A stretch of 48,786 bases of DNA from Raja brachyura (taxonomy: Eukaryota): positions 1 to 48,786 of the forward strand of contig CAUPSL010001549.1 in the NCBI GenBank assembly GCA_963514005.1, given 5' to 3'. Below the pieces are notes generated by a model, which saw only the letters and a program-made list of their open reading frames with translations, did no database searches and had not been told where the DNA came from. The position numbers and the translations under genes were made by a program. Every line of letters begins with the position of its first letter. The first letter of the stretch is position 1. Shown here in pieces: positions 34,345-46,119 of this stretch.

Positions 34345-34450
34345 ACCTCGTGTGCTGTCTGTACGGAGTTTGTACCTTCTCCTTGTGAGCGCATGGGGTT
34401 TCTCCAGTGCACCGGTTTCCTCCCTCGTCCCAAAGACATGCGGGTGTCCC
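34345..34450 (+). mobile_element. tRNA-SINE body fragment
   Basis: GTGCTGTCTGTACGGAGTTTGTACCTTCTCC...CCCAAAGACATGCGGG, matching the other SINE copies. Confidence 0.6.
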
Positions 34451-35334
34451 TACTCTGCAGGCACGGGTAGGAACGTGTGTGAACGGGTTCGGCACAAAAA
34501 GCTGGAGTAACTGAGCGGGATTGGCAGCATCTCAGGATAGAAGGAATTGATAACGTTTCGGGCCGAGACCCTACTTCGCACTGCTGATATTGTTGGGGGT
34601 GATTATTGTGGTCCACGCGTACTCCGTGGGCAGAAGGTCCTGAAACCGCGCAGTACCTCCAATTAAGGCAGAAAGGGAGAGAGGGATAGGAGAGCGAATC
34701 GGATGAATGCCCAGATCACTAAACATTCATATCAATTGATGCAGAATGGGAGAAACATGCAGAAATAATCATAGTCACAGCATGAAAACAGGCCCTTCAG
34801 CTCAACCTATCCATGCCGACAATAACGTCCTATACAGCAACATGTGGCCTCCTGCACTGTTACAGAAATGCCTACGTTAATTTAGATTATAATTATCGCG
34901 TGAACTGGGGTACATTTAAACGTTTTATATGGTTGCCAGCTATACAGTCAGCGAAAAGAATATACATGATTACAATGAAGCTTTCCGCAGATTAGACACA
35001 GGATAAAAGGGAATAACGTTTAGTGCAACTATCTCTAGTCTCCCTCTCCCCTGATTTTCAGTCGGATGAAGGGTCTCGACCAGAAATGTCACCCATTCCT
35101 ACTCTCCAGAGAGGCTCTCTGTCCCGCTGAATTACGCCAGTATTTTGTGCCGCAGCTATACTTCTCCCAACTACAGTACCTCCAATGGTTTCCCATCACT
35201 GTACCTGTCCATGTCTCTTTCAAATGTTGTCATCGTATCTGCGTCAAATACCACATGTGGCGCCTCGTTCCATACACCAACCACCCACTGTTTTAAAAAG
35301 TTGCCCGGGAGGTTCCTATCATTATTTTCTCCCT

Positions 35335-35680
35335 TGAATGAATGAATGAATAGTTTATTATCGTCATACATTAAAAAGAACAAAACGTTACAATCTGTGT
35401 GAATATGAACCAACACTGTATCCATTTCACCCAACGTTCACATAATCACTGACCGAAACAGGAAAACACAAAGCTTATTTTGCCTATCCAATACAATCCT
35501 TAAGATAACCCAGAATATGAGCAATACAAAGAATAGAAAAAAAGAAAATTTACCCTAAATCGTAATCATTACTTATTTTACATTTTAATCATTTTACATT
35601 ATAATCCTTAATTATTTTACATTTTAAGGATTTTTTGAAACTCAACAAAGAGCTACAACGTTTCAACACATCACTAAGCT
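35335..35680 (-). mobile_element. 3' end of an L2/Crack-like LINE with (ATTC)n tail
   Basis: Minus strand KRCSSLLSFKKSLKCKI, AT-rich 3'UTR, then AATAAAC and (TTCA)n. Inserted among old CR1 fragments (~35160-36240). Confidence 0.45.
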
Positions 35681-36720
35681 TAATTCATATTCATTCAATC
35701 AACATCATTCATATTAATTTATTCATTCATTCATTCAACGACATCCATCCTATAACTGAACATAAAATTCAAGGTGCGGCCGAAATCTTGCGCAACTGTT
35801 TCATGACCACCCATCTTCTATATTCAATACTGGCCGATGAAGGGCAAAGAGTCAAAAGCCTTTATGACCACCCTGTCTACCTCTGACGACAATTACATGG
35901 AACTTTGTGCCTGCACTCAGAGATCCTGCTGCTCTACAATATTCTCTATTCTCCCATGACGCCACTTTGTGGAAATTACGTACCTGCAATCCTAGTACCA
36001 TCTGCTCCACGACATCCAGCAGAGCCTTGCAATTTACTGTGAAGGCCCTGCACTATTATGATCTCCTAAAATATACCTCCTTACACGAACCTGCATTAAA
36101 CTCCATTAACCATTTCTCAGCTGATCAAGATCCTGCAGCATTTTGATAATCATCTTCGTTATCTGCAATACCACACGTTAGTGTCATTTGCAAACTTACT
36201 AATAATGCCTTCTACGTTCACATCCAAATAATAATATAAAGCAAAAACAGCAGGGGATGTTCCTGACCTGCTGAATTTCTCCAGCACTATATAAAACGTT
36301 CCCATTCTACAGATATCTGCCTCACCCGCTGAGTTACTCCAACACTCCGGGAAATGCAATCTATGGATGTTCTCAATAGACGCTGCCTGTTCCATTCAAT
36401 AGGGGAACATTATGGGCATCACCATTCCTGTGGTAATCTGTAGCTGGTCCTGATTATTCTGGCCTTTTATCGCCAAAAAAACTCCCTCCTCCAAAAAGGC
36501 CCCCACCCCTATTATTTGCCCGAAGAAGGGCTCCTACCCGAAAATCCATGTCTAAAACGGGATCTGGGGGTCCTTGTTCATCTGTCCCTGAAAGTAAGTA
36601 TGCAGGTACAACAGGCAATGAAGAAATCTAATGGGACGTTGGCTTTCATAACGAGATGAATTGAGTATAGGAGCAAAGAGACCATTCTGCATGTGTACAG
36701 GGCACTAGTGAGACCACAAC

Positions 36721-39530
36721 CGGAGAGGGAGAGAGTGAGAGTGAGCTGGCGGACGGTGAGTGGAGGAGAGCGAGGGAAGGAGAGAGAGATTGTGAGTGAG
36801 AGGGCGGATGGATAGAGGGGGAGAAAAGGGATAGAGAGGGGGGAAATAGAGAGAGGGAGAGAGGGAGGGAGGGGAGAGAGAAGGAAAGAGAGGGAAGATA
36901 GGGAGGGGAGAGTGGGGAAGACGGGGGAGAGGGGGAAGGGGGGAGAGTGAGAACGGGCGCGACAGAGGGTGAGAGAGAGGTGGAGAGATGGAGTCAGTGG
37001 GGGAGAGGGGGGGAGAGTGGGCGGAGGGGAGAGAAAGGTAGAGAGGGAGAGTGATATAGACGTAGAGAGGGCAAAGAGGGAGAGTGGGAGAGGAAGAGAG
37101 AGAGAGAAAGGGGGAGATTGAGGGTAAGGGGGGCGGAGAGAGAGCGAGAAAGGGTGGGGAGAGGGAGAGAGAGCGATAAAGGGTGGGGAGAGGGAGACAG
37201 AGTGGTAGTGAGGGGAGAGAGAGAGAAGGGAGAGAGAGGTAGAGGGGGAGAGAGAGAGTCGGGGCAGAGAGTGAGGGGGAGAGAGAGACGAAGAGAGAGG
37301 GGAGAGAGGGAGAGGGTAACAGAGACGGGGTAGGGAGAGAGAGGGGGAGAGGAAGAGGTGGGGAGAGGGAGGGAGGGAGAGAGATGGGAAAGAGAGAGGG
37401 CGAGAGAGGAGAGAGAGATGGGGAGCGAGAATGAGGGGCGAAAGAGAGTGGGGGAGAGTGAGTGAGTGGGAGCGAGCGCGAGATGGAGGAAGAGACTAAG
37501 GGAGAGAGTGACAGAATGAGGGAGAGAATGCGAGGGTGGGGGGAGGGACAGGGGGGGAGATGGGGAGAGAGATATATAGGGAGATGGAGGTGGAGAGAGT
37601 GGGAGGGGGTGAAGAACGATAGAGAGAGAGAGGGCAGAGAGAGAGAAAGGGTGTGAGTGAGTGAGGGGGCGGAGTGAGATGTTGAGAGATGGAGGGGAGA
37701 GATTGAGGGCGAGAGAGATTTAGAGTGGGGACGGAGAGAGAGGGGAGAGTCGGATAGGGAGGGAGAAGAGGGAAAGAGGGAGACGGGCAGGGAAAGGGAG
37801 GGGAGAGAGTGAGAAGAGTGCGAGGCGGGGAGGGGGGAGGGAGAGGGGGAGAGAGGTGGAAAAGAGGAATGGGTGAGGGGAAGGAGAAAGGGAGAGCGAG
37901 GGGACGAGAGAGAGTGGGAGAGATAAGGGGAGAGAGGGAGCGAGAGGGGGTGAGAGAGGGAGAGAGGGCAAAGAGAGAGGACAAAGTGAGGGAGAGGGGG
38001 TGAGTGGGGAGAAAGAGAGGGGGAGAGGGGAGAGACAAAATGGAGGATAGAGGGCGGGCGATAGAGAGGGGCAAGAGCGAGAGAAAGGGGCTGTGAGAAA
38101 TGGGGAAATGGAGAGAGGGGGAATGATTGAGAGAGGGGGGTTGAGAGAGGCGGAGAGAGCTGGGGGAAAGAGGGAGAGAGGAGAGGGGTGCGAGCGGGAG
38201 AGAGAGAGGGGAAGAGAGGAGGGGAGAGAGAGGAGGAGAGATGGGGAGAGAAAGGGAGAAAGAGAGAGGGAGGGATAGGGAGGCAGAGGGAGAGAGAGAG
38301 AATGAGAGTGAAAGGTGGAGAGAGAGTGATAGGGGAGAGGGGGTCGAGAGAAGGTAGAGAGAGGGAGAGAGGGGAAAGACAAAGGGGGAGAGGAGGGAGG
38401 CGGCAGTGAGAGAGAGGGAGAAGGAGGGAGAGAGAGAGAGGCGGGAGAGGGAGAGATAGGGAGAGAGGGGGAGACGGAGAGAGAGAAAGGGAAAGTGAGT
38501 GAGGGGGAGGGAGAATTAGAGAGAGGGAGAGAGGGGAAAGAAAGAGCGCGATAGAGCGATAGAGGGAGTCAGAGAGAGATAATGAGAGAGAGAGTGAGAG
38601 TGTCGTGGAGAGAGACGAGATGGGAGGGATATAGATGGAGGAGGGAGAGAGAAAGGGAGAGGGGCGTGGAGAGAGGGCGGTGGAGGGATAGAGAGAGGAG
38701 GGATAAAGAGATGGAGGGAGATATGGAGGGTGTGAGGGCGAGAGAGAGGGGAGAAAGTGGGAGAGTGAGTGAGTGAGATCTAGATAGAGGGTAGATGGAG
38801 CGAAAGGGGAGAGATAGATATAGAGAGAGCGAGGGGGGGAGAGGGAACGGAGTGAGAGAGAAAGGGAGAGAGAGACAGGGGAATGGAGTGGGGAGAGATA
38901 GGGAGGGGGGAGTGGGCGGAGGGGAGAGAGAGAGAGGGGTGAGAGAGATGGAAAGAGACAGAGAGGGGGACAGAGAGAGAGAGAGGGAGAGGTAGAGACT
39001 GAAAGGGAGGGGGAGAGTGGAGAAAGAGAGAGAGGGAGGGGAGATAGGGGATGAGAAAGATAGAGAGTGAGTGAGAGCGGGGGAGGGAAAGGGAGAGAGA
39101 TGAGAGAGAGAGGAAGAGAGGGAGGATAGAGAAAGGGTGTGAGTGAGAGTGAAGGTGGAAGAAGACAGGGGGAAATTCGGGAGAGAGAGTGTGTGTATGA
39201 GAGAGAGGGGGAGGTAAAGCGAGAGAGGGAGGGAGAGAGAGGGGGAAGATAGGGGAGGGAGAGATACAGAGGATAGAAAGAGGGGGGTAGAGAGGGGGGT
39301 AGAGAGGGGGGAGATAGAGAGAGAGGGGATGGAGAGGGGGAGAGATGGAGAGAAGGGGTGAGATGGAGAGAGGGGGATGGAGAGAGGGAGAGAGATGGAG
39401 AGAGGGGAGAGATAGCGAGGGAGCGAGAATGACGGAGAATGAGAGTGGGAGGTGTGAGTGAGGTGTAGAGAGAGGAGGGAGAGGGAGAGGGAGAGGGGGA
39501 CAGTGAGATAGAGAGAATGAGAGGGTGAAC
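36721..39530 (+). repeat. 2.8-kb polypurine (G/A) low-complexity tract
   Basis: Almost entirely G/A. Begins abruptly where a CR1 fragment (~36560-36720) stops. Confidence 0.92.
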
Positions 39531-39729
39531 GTGAGTACACGAACCCGAACGGACACCACGCCGCAAAGACAAGACGCAGAACGCGCATGACGTCGAAAAG
39601 CCGCCGAGTGGACATGACGTCTCCGTGGACAGGATTTGTCCTGGACTTCTCAGCGATTGGTTCAGACCCACGCGAACATCATGTCACTGGCTGGGGGAAG
39701 AAAGGAGGGTGGGGGAGCTTGAGCGTGGG

Positions 39730-40062
39730 TTTGTAAAATGGTGGCAGTGACACCAAGCTGCTGCGATTGCCACAGAGGTAGTGATGTGATGGAAGCTGCG
39801 GGGATCTGGTTCAATCGCTGACCGTTGTCGATGACTGACAAGGTGTCGAACCAATCGCGTCCCCGGAGACGTACGAGGTTCAAGAATTCTTTCAGCAAAT
39901 TTAGATTTTTTAAAGGTGTTTCATATCTATTTTTCATTTCGGCTTCATGTGCGTTCGGCGTCAGATTGTTTTCAGTCTTAAAATCTGACCGGAACGAACA
40001 TGACGTCAAAAAGTCTCAGTGGCAATCACAGCAGCTTGGAGTCACTGCCACCATTTTACAAA
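39730..40062. repeat. 48-bp inverted repeat pair (45/48 identical)
   Basis: 39730-39777 TTTGTAAAATGGTGGCAGTGACACCAAGCTGCTGCGATTGCCACAGAG matches the reverse complement of 40015-40062. Confidence 0.9.
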
Positions 40063-40241
40063 TGCAAAGTCAAGCTTCCCCCTCTCCCGACTCCCGCCCC
40101 CTCCCCCCGCCTACCTCCTCCCATCTGCCGGTACTCACGTCTCCCCCACCTCCGCTCAACCGCCTCCTCACCTTTTCCCCCCTCCCCCCCTTCGTCCCAG
40201 CCCCCATCCCGTCTGCACCCCCTCCCCCCCCCCTCCCCCAC

Positions 40242-43200
40242 TGTTCATGAATGATTCACAACACACATAGTGAAGATTTATCTTTATTCCATTTGCAAAC
40301 AGGAACATTTAAACTGCCAGCTATTCTCATCCAGCTCGGTGTGGCTACTGCGAGAGCCGCTGACCTTGCCAGTGCAAAGCTGTCTCGTACCGTAATACAA
40401 TGTAAAGGGTGGCATGCACATTTGTGAAGTGGAGATTATAAATGGCATGGATTAATAAGGGATAATCTACATCCTTTCTCATAAAGAAGCAAAGCTTATA
40501 TAGAGTGATTAGGTGAGCATATTGTAAAACACCAGTATAAGGTGTGCACATTTATTATTTTACGTGTGCATGCTTGTGCATCTGTGAGCACATAAACTGA
40601 GACGGGTCATGCTCAGTTCATGTATAGCCGTGAATTTTCCAATCAGCGGGTTTTGCTTGCAGACACGACCTGCACGTACACGGTAGTACCCATCGTGCAC
40701 CTCATCGTTCTCTGAGGGATCAACTCCCCTATCGGGTGAACACGGATGAGAAGACACTGGTGGAGATGTGGGAACCGGGCAAGGCAGGGATGGCACTGGC
40801 AGCGGGAGAGGATTCGCTGTAATGGAATTCGCGGAGCGTGGGGGAAGCATGGCAGGCTGCTCTGGGTAAGAACGTGGAGGTACCGGTTCATTAACCGGCA
40901 GGAGGTTCGGCAGGTTCGCCTATAGATGTCGTTGTCAATACTGGCCAGGTACGAGCGTGGCTATGCGGTTGACCCCAGAATGACTCAGAGGCGGTCGTAA
41001 CATCGAAGCGACCGTAAGCGGACAACCTGTCCCTTGTTGAGCGGTTGGACCGGAGAACTGGTTTTATCGTAGTATTTCCTTTGTATCTCACGGCGGCGTT
41101 CGAGCTGGGATTGAATCACTGATGGTGCACGAACTTGTGGTTTTAGTAGCTGCTTAGACATCGGCAGGGTAGAGCGGGTTTACCGTGACATGAGCTGTTC
41201 GGCTGCAGATACCAGGAGAGGGTCGCGGACGATGCTTCGTACGATGAGTATGTTGAGATAGACATCAGAGACGGCCCCGTTACTGGGGTCTGCTGGTGAT
41301 GTGGAGAAAGTCCCAGCATTTCGCAAAATCCCTGAAGAGCTGACTGGAGAATTGAGTTCCGATGTCTGAGAGCAGCTTTAGGGGTGCTCCGTAGAAAGAG
41401 AAGTGGCGAGTGTGTTTTGAATGACCACGGCTGAGGTCGGGCTACTGAGCAGGTCGATTTCGATCCATCCTGAGTAGGAATCGACTAGAACCATGTATTT
41501 ACTGCCGTACAATTCAAATATGCCAGCTGTTACTGTAGACCAGGGTATGTCCGGTGTGGAGTGGAACTTTCTGGAAAACGTAGTCAGCCATGTTAGGCCA
41601 GAAAAGCTTGTTAGAGGGTTATTTCTGCAGCAGGATGGCCCCCATTGACAATATCGAAGTCCATGCGGGCCATCCCCATGGACTCTTCGTGTGCGGATGC
41701 GTCTAAGCCCGCGGATGGAAGGCAGGAGACCATCATAACCGTGTACCCCTCGTGCTCACCATTAGACAGGTGCTTTTTGCAGGTTGGGCGAGGTGCCCGT
41801 GAGACGGTGTCAGCTAAGTGCATGTCCTTACCACGTGTGTAGGTTAGTCCGATGTCATATCTCTGTAGTTCCATCATCATGCGTTGTAAAGGCGCTGGTG
41901 CCGTGTTGATCGCTTTACTGGGGATACTGACTTGGGGCTGGTGATCGGTTTAAACCGTGATCGGGTTGCCAAAGATAAAGCCCTTGAATTTGTTGCAGGA
42001 GAAAGTTACTGCGAGTGGTCCCTTCCCGATTTGAGCGCACCGCTGTTCATTTTCGGTCATGGTGTGGGAGGCCTAGGCAACTGGTCTGTGACCCTTCCCG
42101 TCGACTTGTAGGCAAGCGGCGCCAATTCCATACTGGGAGGCATCATAGGTGAGGGTAAGGGGTTACTTCGTATCAAAGTACGTGAGGGTTGGAGCGAAAG
42201 ATATTAATTTTTTGAGGATTTCAAATGCCCTCTGCTGGTGTTCGTGCCAGGACCACTTTGTATCCTTGTGGGTCAGTAGTCGCAGCGGGGCGGACAAATA
42301 GCTGAAGTTCGGGATGAATTGTCCCAGGTAGTTTACCATGCCTAGAAATCGTTGTAGAGCTCTCACGTCCGTAGGTGCTGGCATTTCGTTAATCGTAATG
42401 GTTTAAATGTGTCTGGGCTGAGTCCATTGTTGGTGAACACGCGGCCCACATTTGAAATTTCGTCGACCCGAAACCTGCACTTGAGAGGGTTGCTTTTGAG
42501 ATTTACCGCGCTGCCACGATCCAGGACCTGCCTCAGGTTTGTCATGTTCTTGTGCGTTGCGCCCGGCGATCAGGAAGCCGTCCACGATTATGTCGCCTGT
42601 GTAGCCAGTTAAGAGTTGATCCATAGTACGTTGCAAAACTTCACTGCCTGGAATGATGCCAAATGGCATTCGTAAAAATCGGTAGCGTCCGAAGGGTGTC
42701 GTGAATGTGGTTAACATGGAGGATGCCAAAATTATGTATTTGCATTTAGGACGGATAAGACTGTGGCTTTACCCAGGTTGGCCTCGACCTCTTGCACCGT
42801 CCGCATCGAGTGGTGTGGTCGTTTCATGGCAGTGTTTAAACCTTTAAGTTTGATCCAAATCCTTATTTCGTCTTTGTTCTTCTTGAGTGGCGACCATGGT
42901 GGAGACTCAGGGCGAGGAGTCTTTGGCAGGGGCTATCACGCCCAATGCTTCCATTCTATCTAATTCATCTTTGGTGCGGGTCTTCATTGCGTGCGGGATT
43001 TGGTGAGGAGAACGAACGACAGGTATGACTTCCTTACCAGTTACAATGCTGTATTCAGTGGGAAGCATGCCTAGTTGATTATCAACAAGGTATTTGTATT
43101 GTTCGAGTAGTTGTTGGATGGGACATTGACAGATAGATAACTGGTTAACAGCATATAGGAATGTATGTTTTGGCTCTCTTTCTACAGGTGCAGCTGCCGT

Positions 43201-44415
43201 GGTTCTGCTGAAAATGCTGTTATAGTTAGTGCCTCGTGGGAAAGTGTTGGCTCGAGCGCACAGACAGTTTGTTGTGGCTGGGCCCTCTTGCCATGAGCGC
43301 GGCTGCACCGGATAAAGTGTTCTTTCCTTTTACAGTCGTGACAAGTTTTGCCATATACGAGGCATTGCTCACGAAATGTCGCGTGTGAGCCCCCGCCTTT
43401 ACCATAGTTATGGACCAGAGGGCGGTCCCCCTCCCTGGGGTTGTAGACGGTTGTCGAGGAGCTATTAATGTTTGTCGCACGGACCTATAGAAGGCATGGA
43501 CGTCGGGGGCAGTGTGTGGTCCCGGCACCAGGGTTCTGTTATGGGTGTCAGTGTACTCTGTATCCAGGCAGGCACGTTCAGCCTTAACTAGTGTAAGCTC
43601 CTCATCCCAGAGTAATGAATTTCTCACCTTGTCTTTCAGGATGCAATATACGAATCTGGCTCGGATGAGCATGTCGCGGTCTTGGAAATGGCATCTTGCT
43701 GCAATGCTCTTCAGAGCATCAAAGTAGGTTTCGACTGTCTCGCCCTCTTGTTGGCTATGGGGAAAAAACCGTTGGTGCTCCAGGATAGCGTTAGTGCGAA
43801 GTTGGCACAGGTCACGGAACTTTTGGAGATGGCAGGTGGAGCCTCCGATGGACTCTGCCGGGGTCACAACAAGTGTTACCGCATCGGCGTGCTCTGGGAC
43901 GTATTGGAAATCCTATGCATGCAGGGCCGCCTATGTGCCGCTACGTTCAGGAGAATTGTTGCAACGGTATGGGGAGCAGTTCCCTCGTGGGAAGCATCTG
44001 TGAAAATTCCCAATCACTCATCGAAGCTGTGCCAACGTTCGGCAAGTTCACTGTCGAACACCAAAGGATCACGTCTACGAAAATAACCTGCCATGGTTCC
44101 AGGTTAAAGGAACAAAATAAAATAAATATAGGCAACAGAGTTGGACACGTGGCTCAAGAGTCTGACACAGCGTTTATGGTGAAGATCAATCTTTTTTCCA
44201 CATGCAAACAGGAACATTTAAACTGCCAGCTATTCTCATCCAGCACCGATGAGAATAGCTGGCTGGATGAGAATAGCTGGCTGGCTGGTGGGTTCTGAGG
44301 GAGCCGGCTGACCTCGCTAGTGTAAAGCTGTACAGTATCGTAATACCATGTGAAGGATGGCATGCACATATGTGTAGCGGAGATTATGGCATTGATTAAT
44401 AACAGATAACCTACA
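40242..44415 (-). mobile_element. Ty3/Gypsy LTR retrotransposon, decayed and internally deleted
   Basis: LTRs at 40242-40471 and 44171-44415, both starting TGTAG on the minus strand. PPT GAGAAAGGA next to the 3' LTR; degenerate PBS (C)TGTGTCAGA. Gag QQEGETVETY...MLIRARFV; RT FTTPFGRYRFLRMPFGI and FLGMVNYLGQFIP; RNase H MHLADTVSRAP; integrase remnants ~41400-41600. Confidence 0.9.
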
Positions 44416-45490
44416 TCCCCCCCCCCGCAGTCTCGCCCCCACCCCTCTCCCCCATCCCGTCCGCCCGTCCCCCCTCAAGCCCACCGTTCCCCAATATACC
44501 CCCCGGCTCCCACACCCGTATCCACGTCCCTTCACCCCCCCTCCTGTTTACCTCTTCCATCTCCCCACTCCCCCCCCTCCTTGCCCCCTCCCGATACTCT
44601 CTCCGTCCCCTCCCGTCTCCCCCTCAGTTCTCTACCCCCTCCCGTCTCTCCACCGTCCCACCCCTGCCATCTCTACCAATTCCCGTCTCTCCCCATCCCG
44701 TCTATTCCCCGTCTCGCTTCTCCCGCCTCCCGTCGCTCTCCCTCCCATCGCTCCCCTTTCCTCTCTCCCCCCTCCTGACTCTCCTCCCCTTGCCGTATCT
44801 ACTCCACATAAAGTCTCCCCGCCTCCCGTTTCTCCTCCCCTTCCCGTCACTCCTCCGTCACTCCGTCTCCCCCTCCCGTATTACCTCCCGTGTCTCCCCC
44901 TACTGTCTCCCCTGCTCCCGTCTACCCCACTCCCGTCTCCCTCCTTCCGTCTCCCCATCTCTCCCTCTCACGTCTCGCCCTCCCGTCACAATCCCGCTCC
45001 AGTATCTCCCTGCTTATGTCTCCCCAACTCCTGTCTCCCCCGCTCCTGTCTCTCTCACTCGTCTGCCCCCTTCTCTCCTCCCCCTCTATACACCCTCCAT
45101 CTCTCCCCCTCCCTCTCTCCCGCTCTCTCCCCGTCCATCTCCCCCCTCTCTCTGCCCCTCTCTCTCACACCCCTTTCTCTCTCTCCTCCCTCTTTCTCCC
45201 CCTCTATCTCCTCTACACCCATCCCTCCCCTTCCACCGCTTTCTCTCCACCCCTCCCCCTCCCCCACACTCTCCCCTCCCACTCTCTCCCCTCCTCTTTC
45301 TCTCCACTCTCACCCCCTCCCGCTCTCCATCCCCCCCCTCCCCTCCCATCCGCTCCCTATCTCTTCCCTACTTCTCTCTCACCTCCCTCTATCTCTCCAC
45401 CAGTATCTCCCTCGCCCCCTCTCCCTCCCCTCTCTCTCTCTCGCTTACGGCTCCCCCCATCTCCCTCTCTCTCCCCCCCCCTCTCTGTCC
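44416..45490 (+). repeat. Polypyrimidine (C/T) low-complexity tract, continuous with 40080-40241 before the Gypsy insertion
   Basis: Visible C/T bias with CCCGTCTC units. Confidence 0.88.
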
Positions 45491-45590
45491 CTGGTACACA
45501 GCTTTGCCGAAGGAGACTTGGTTAATATCACGGCATGCATCAATGCCCAGAAGGAGGGACACTTCTATTTACACTACATTTTAAAAACAA

Positions 45591-46115
45591 CTAGACTGAC
45601 AGGGACACGTTGGGTCCCAGGTTCGGGATGGGTTGTCCCCCAACGCAACATTCTACCTCTCCACCAATTCAAATACTTGTGGCCAGTCGCGGTGGGGTGG
45701 GGGGGGGCGTGGGGTGGGGTGGGGGGGTTCTGGAGGCGCTAGAATGGAAGTTGTGGGCTGAAGGGACAGGTTTCCAGAAGGCTAGTGTATACGTTGTGGG
45801 CAGAATGGATTATTGGCTGGCTGCTCACTCACTCAAACCTGGTGTGCTGACAGCTTACAGCCTCAAAGCTGGTGGGCTGCCAGTTGACTTACGGCCATGC
45901 TTTGAAATTCCACTTCAAGCAGGGTACAAGGCCAGCAATTGTGAATGCAGTGTCCTGCCACTTCAAGCAGGGTGCAAGGCCACCAAATTCGAGTGCAGTG
46001 TCCTGCAGTGTTTTCTTGCAGGCGCTGTCCATCGAATGATTTCCCCCCTGTCTTTAGACAAACAAAGTGAAGCAGTTCTTTTTTTTCATATTTTTACCTT
46101 GGATAAGTAATATGA
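45591..46115 (-). mobile_element. Helitron-like non-autonomous element (3' terminus at 45591)
   Basis: Minus strand ends with the hairpin GGGAC-CCAACGT-GTCCC (45602-45618), 7 nt, then CTAG|T. Internal ~50-bp duplication at ~45910-46005. Far boundary uncertain. Confidence 0.5.
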
Positions 46116-46119
46116 TCTT

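Noticed and set aside
34600-34665. Minus-strand YCAVS motif
   Set aside because: No V framework upstream and no heptamer downstream.
36705-39671. 988-aa S/L/P-rich ORF and overlapping ORFs
   Set aside because: Artefact of a C/T-rich strand lacking stop codons; no domain signature.
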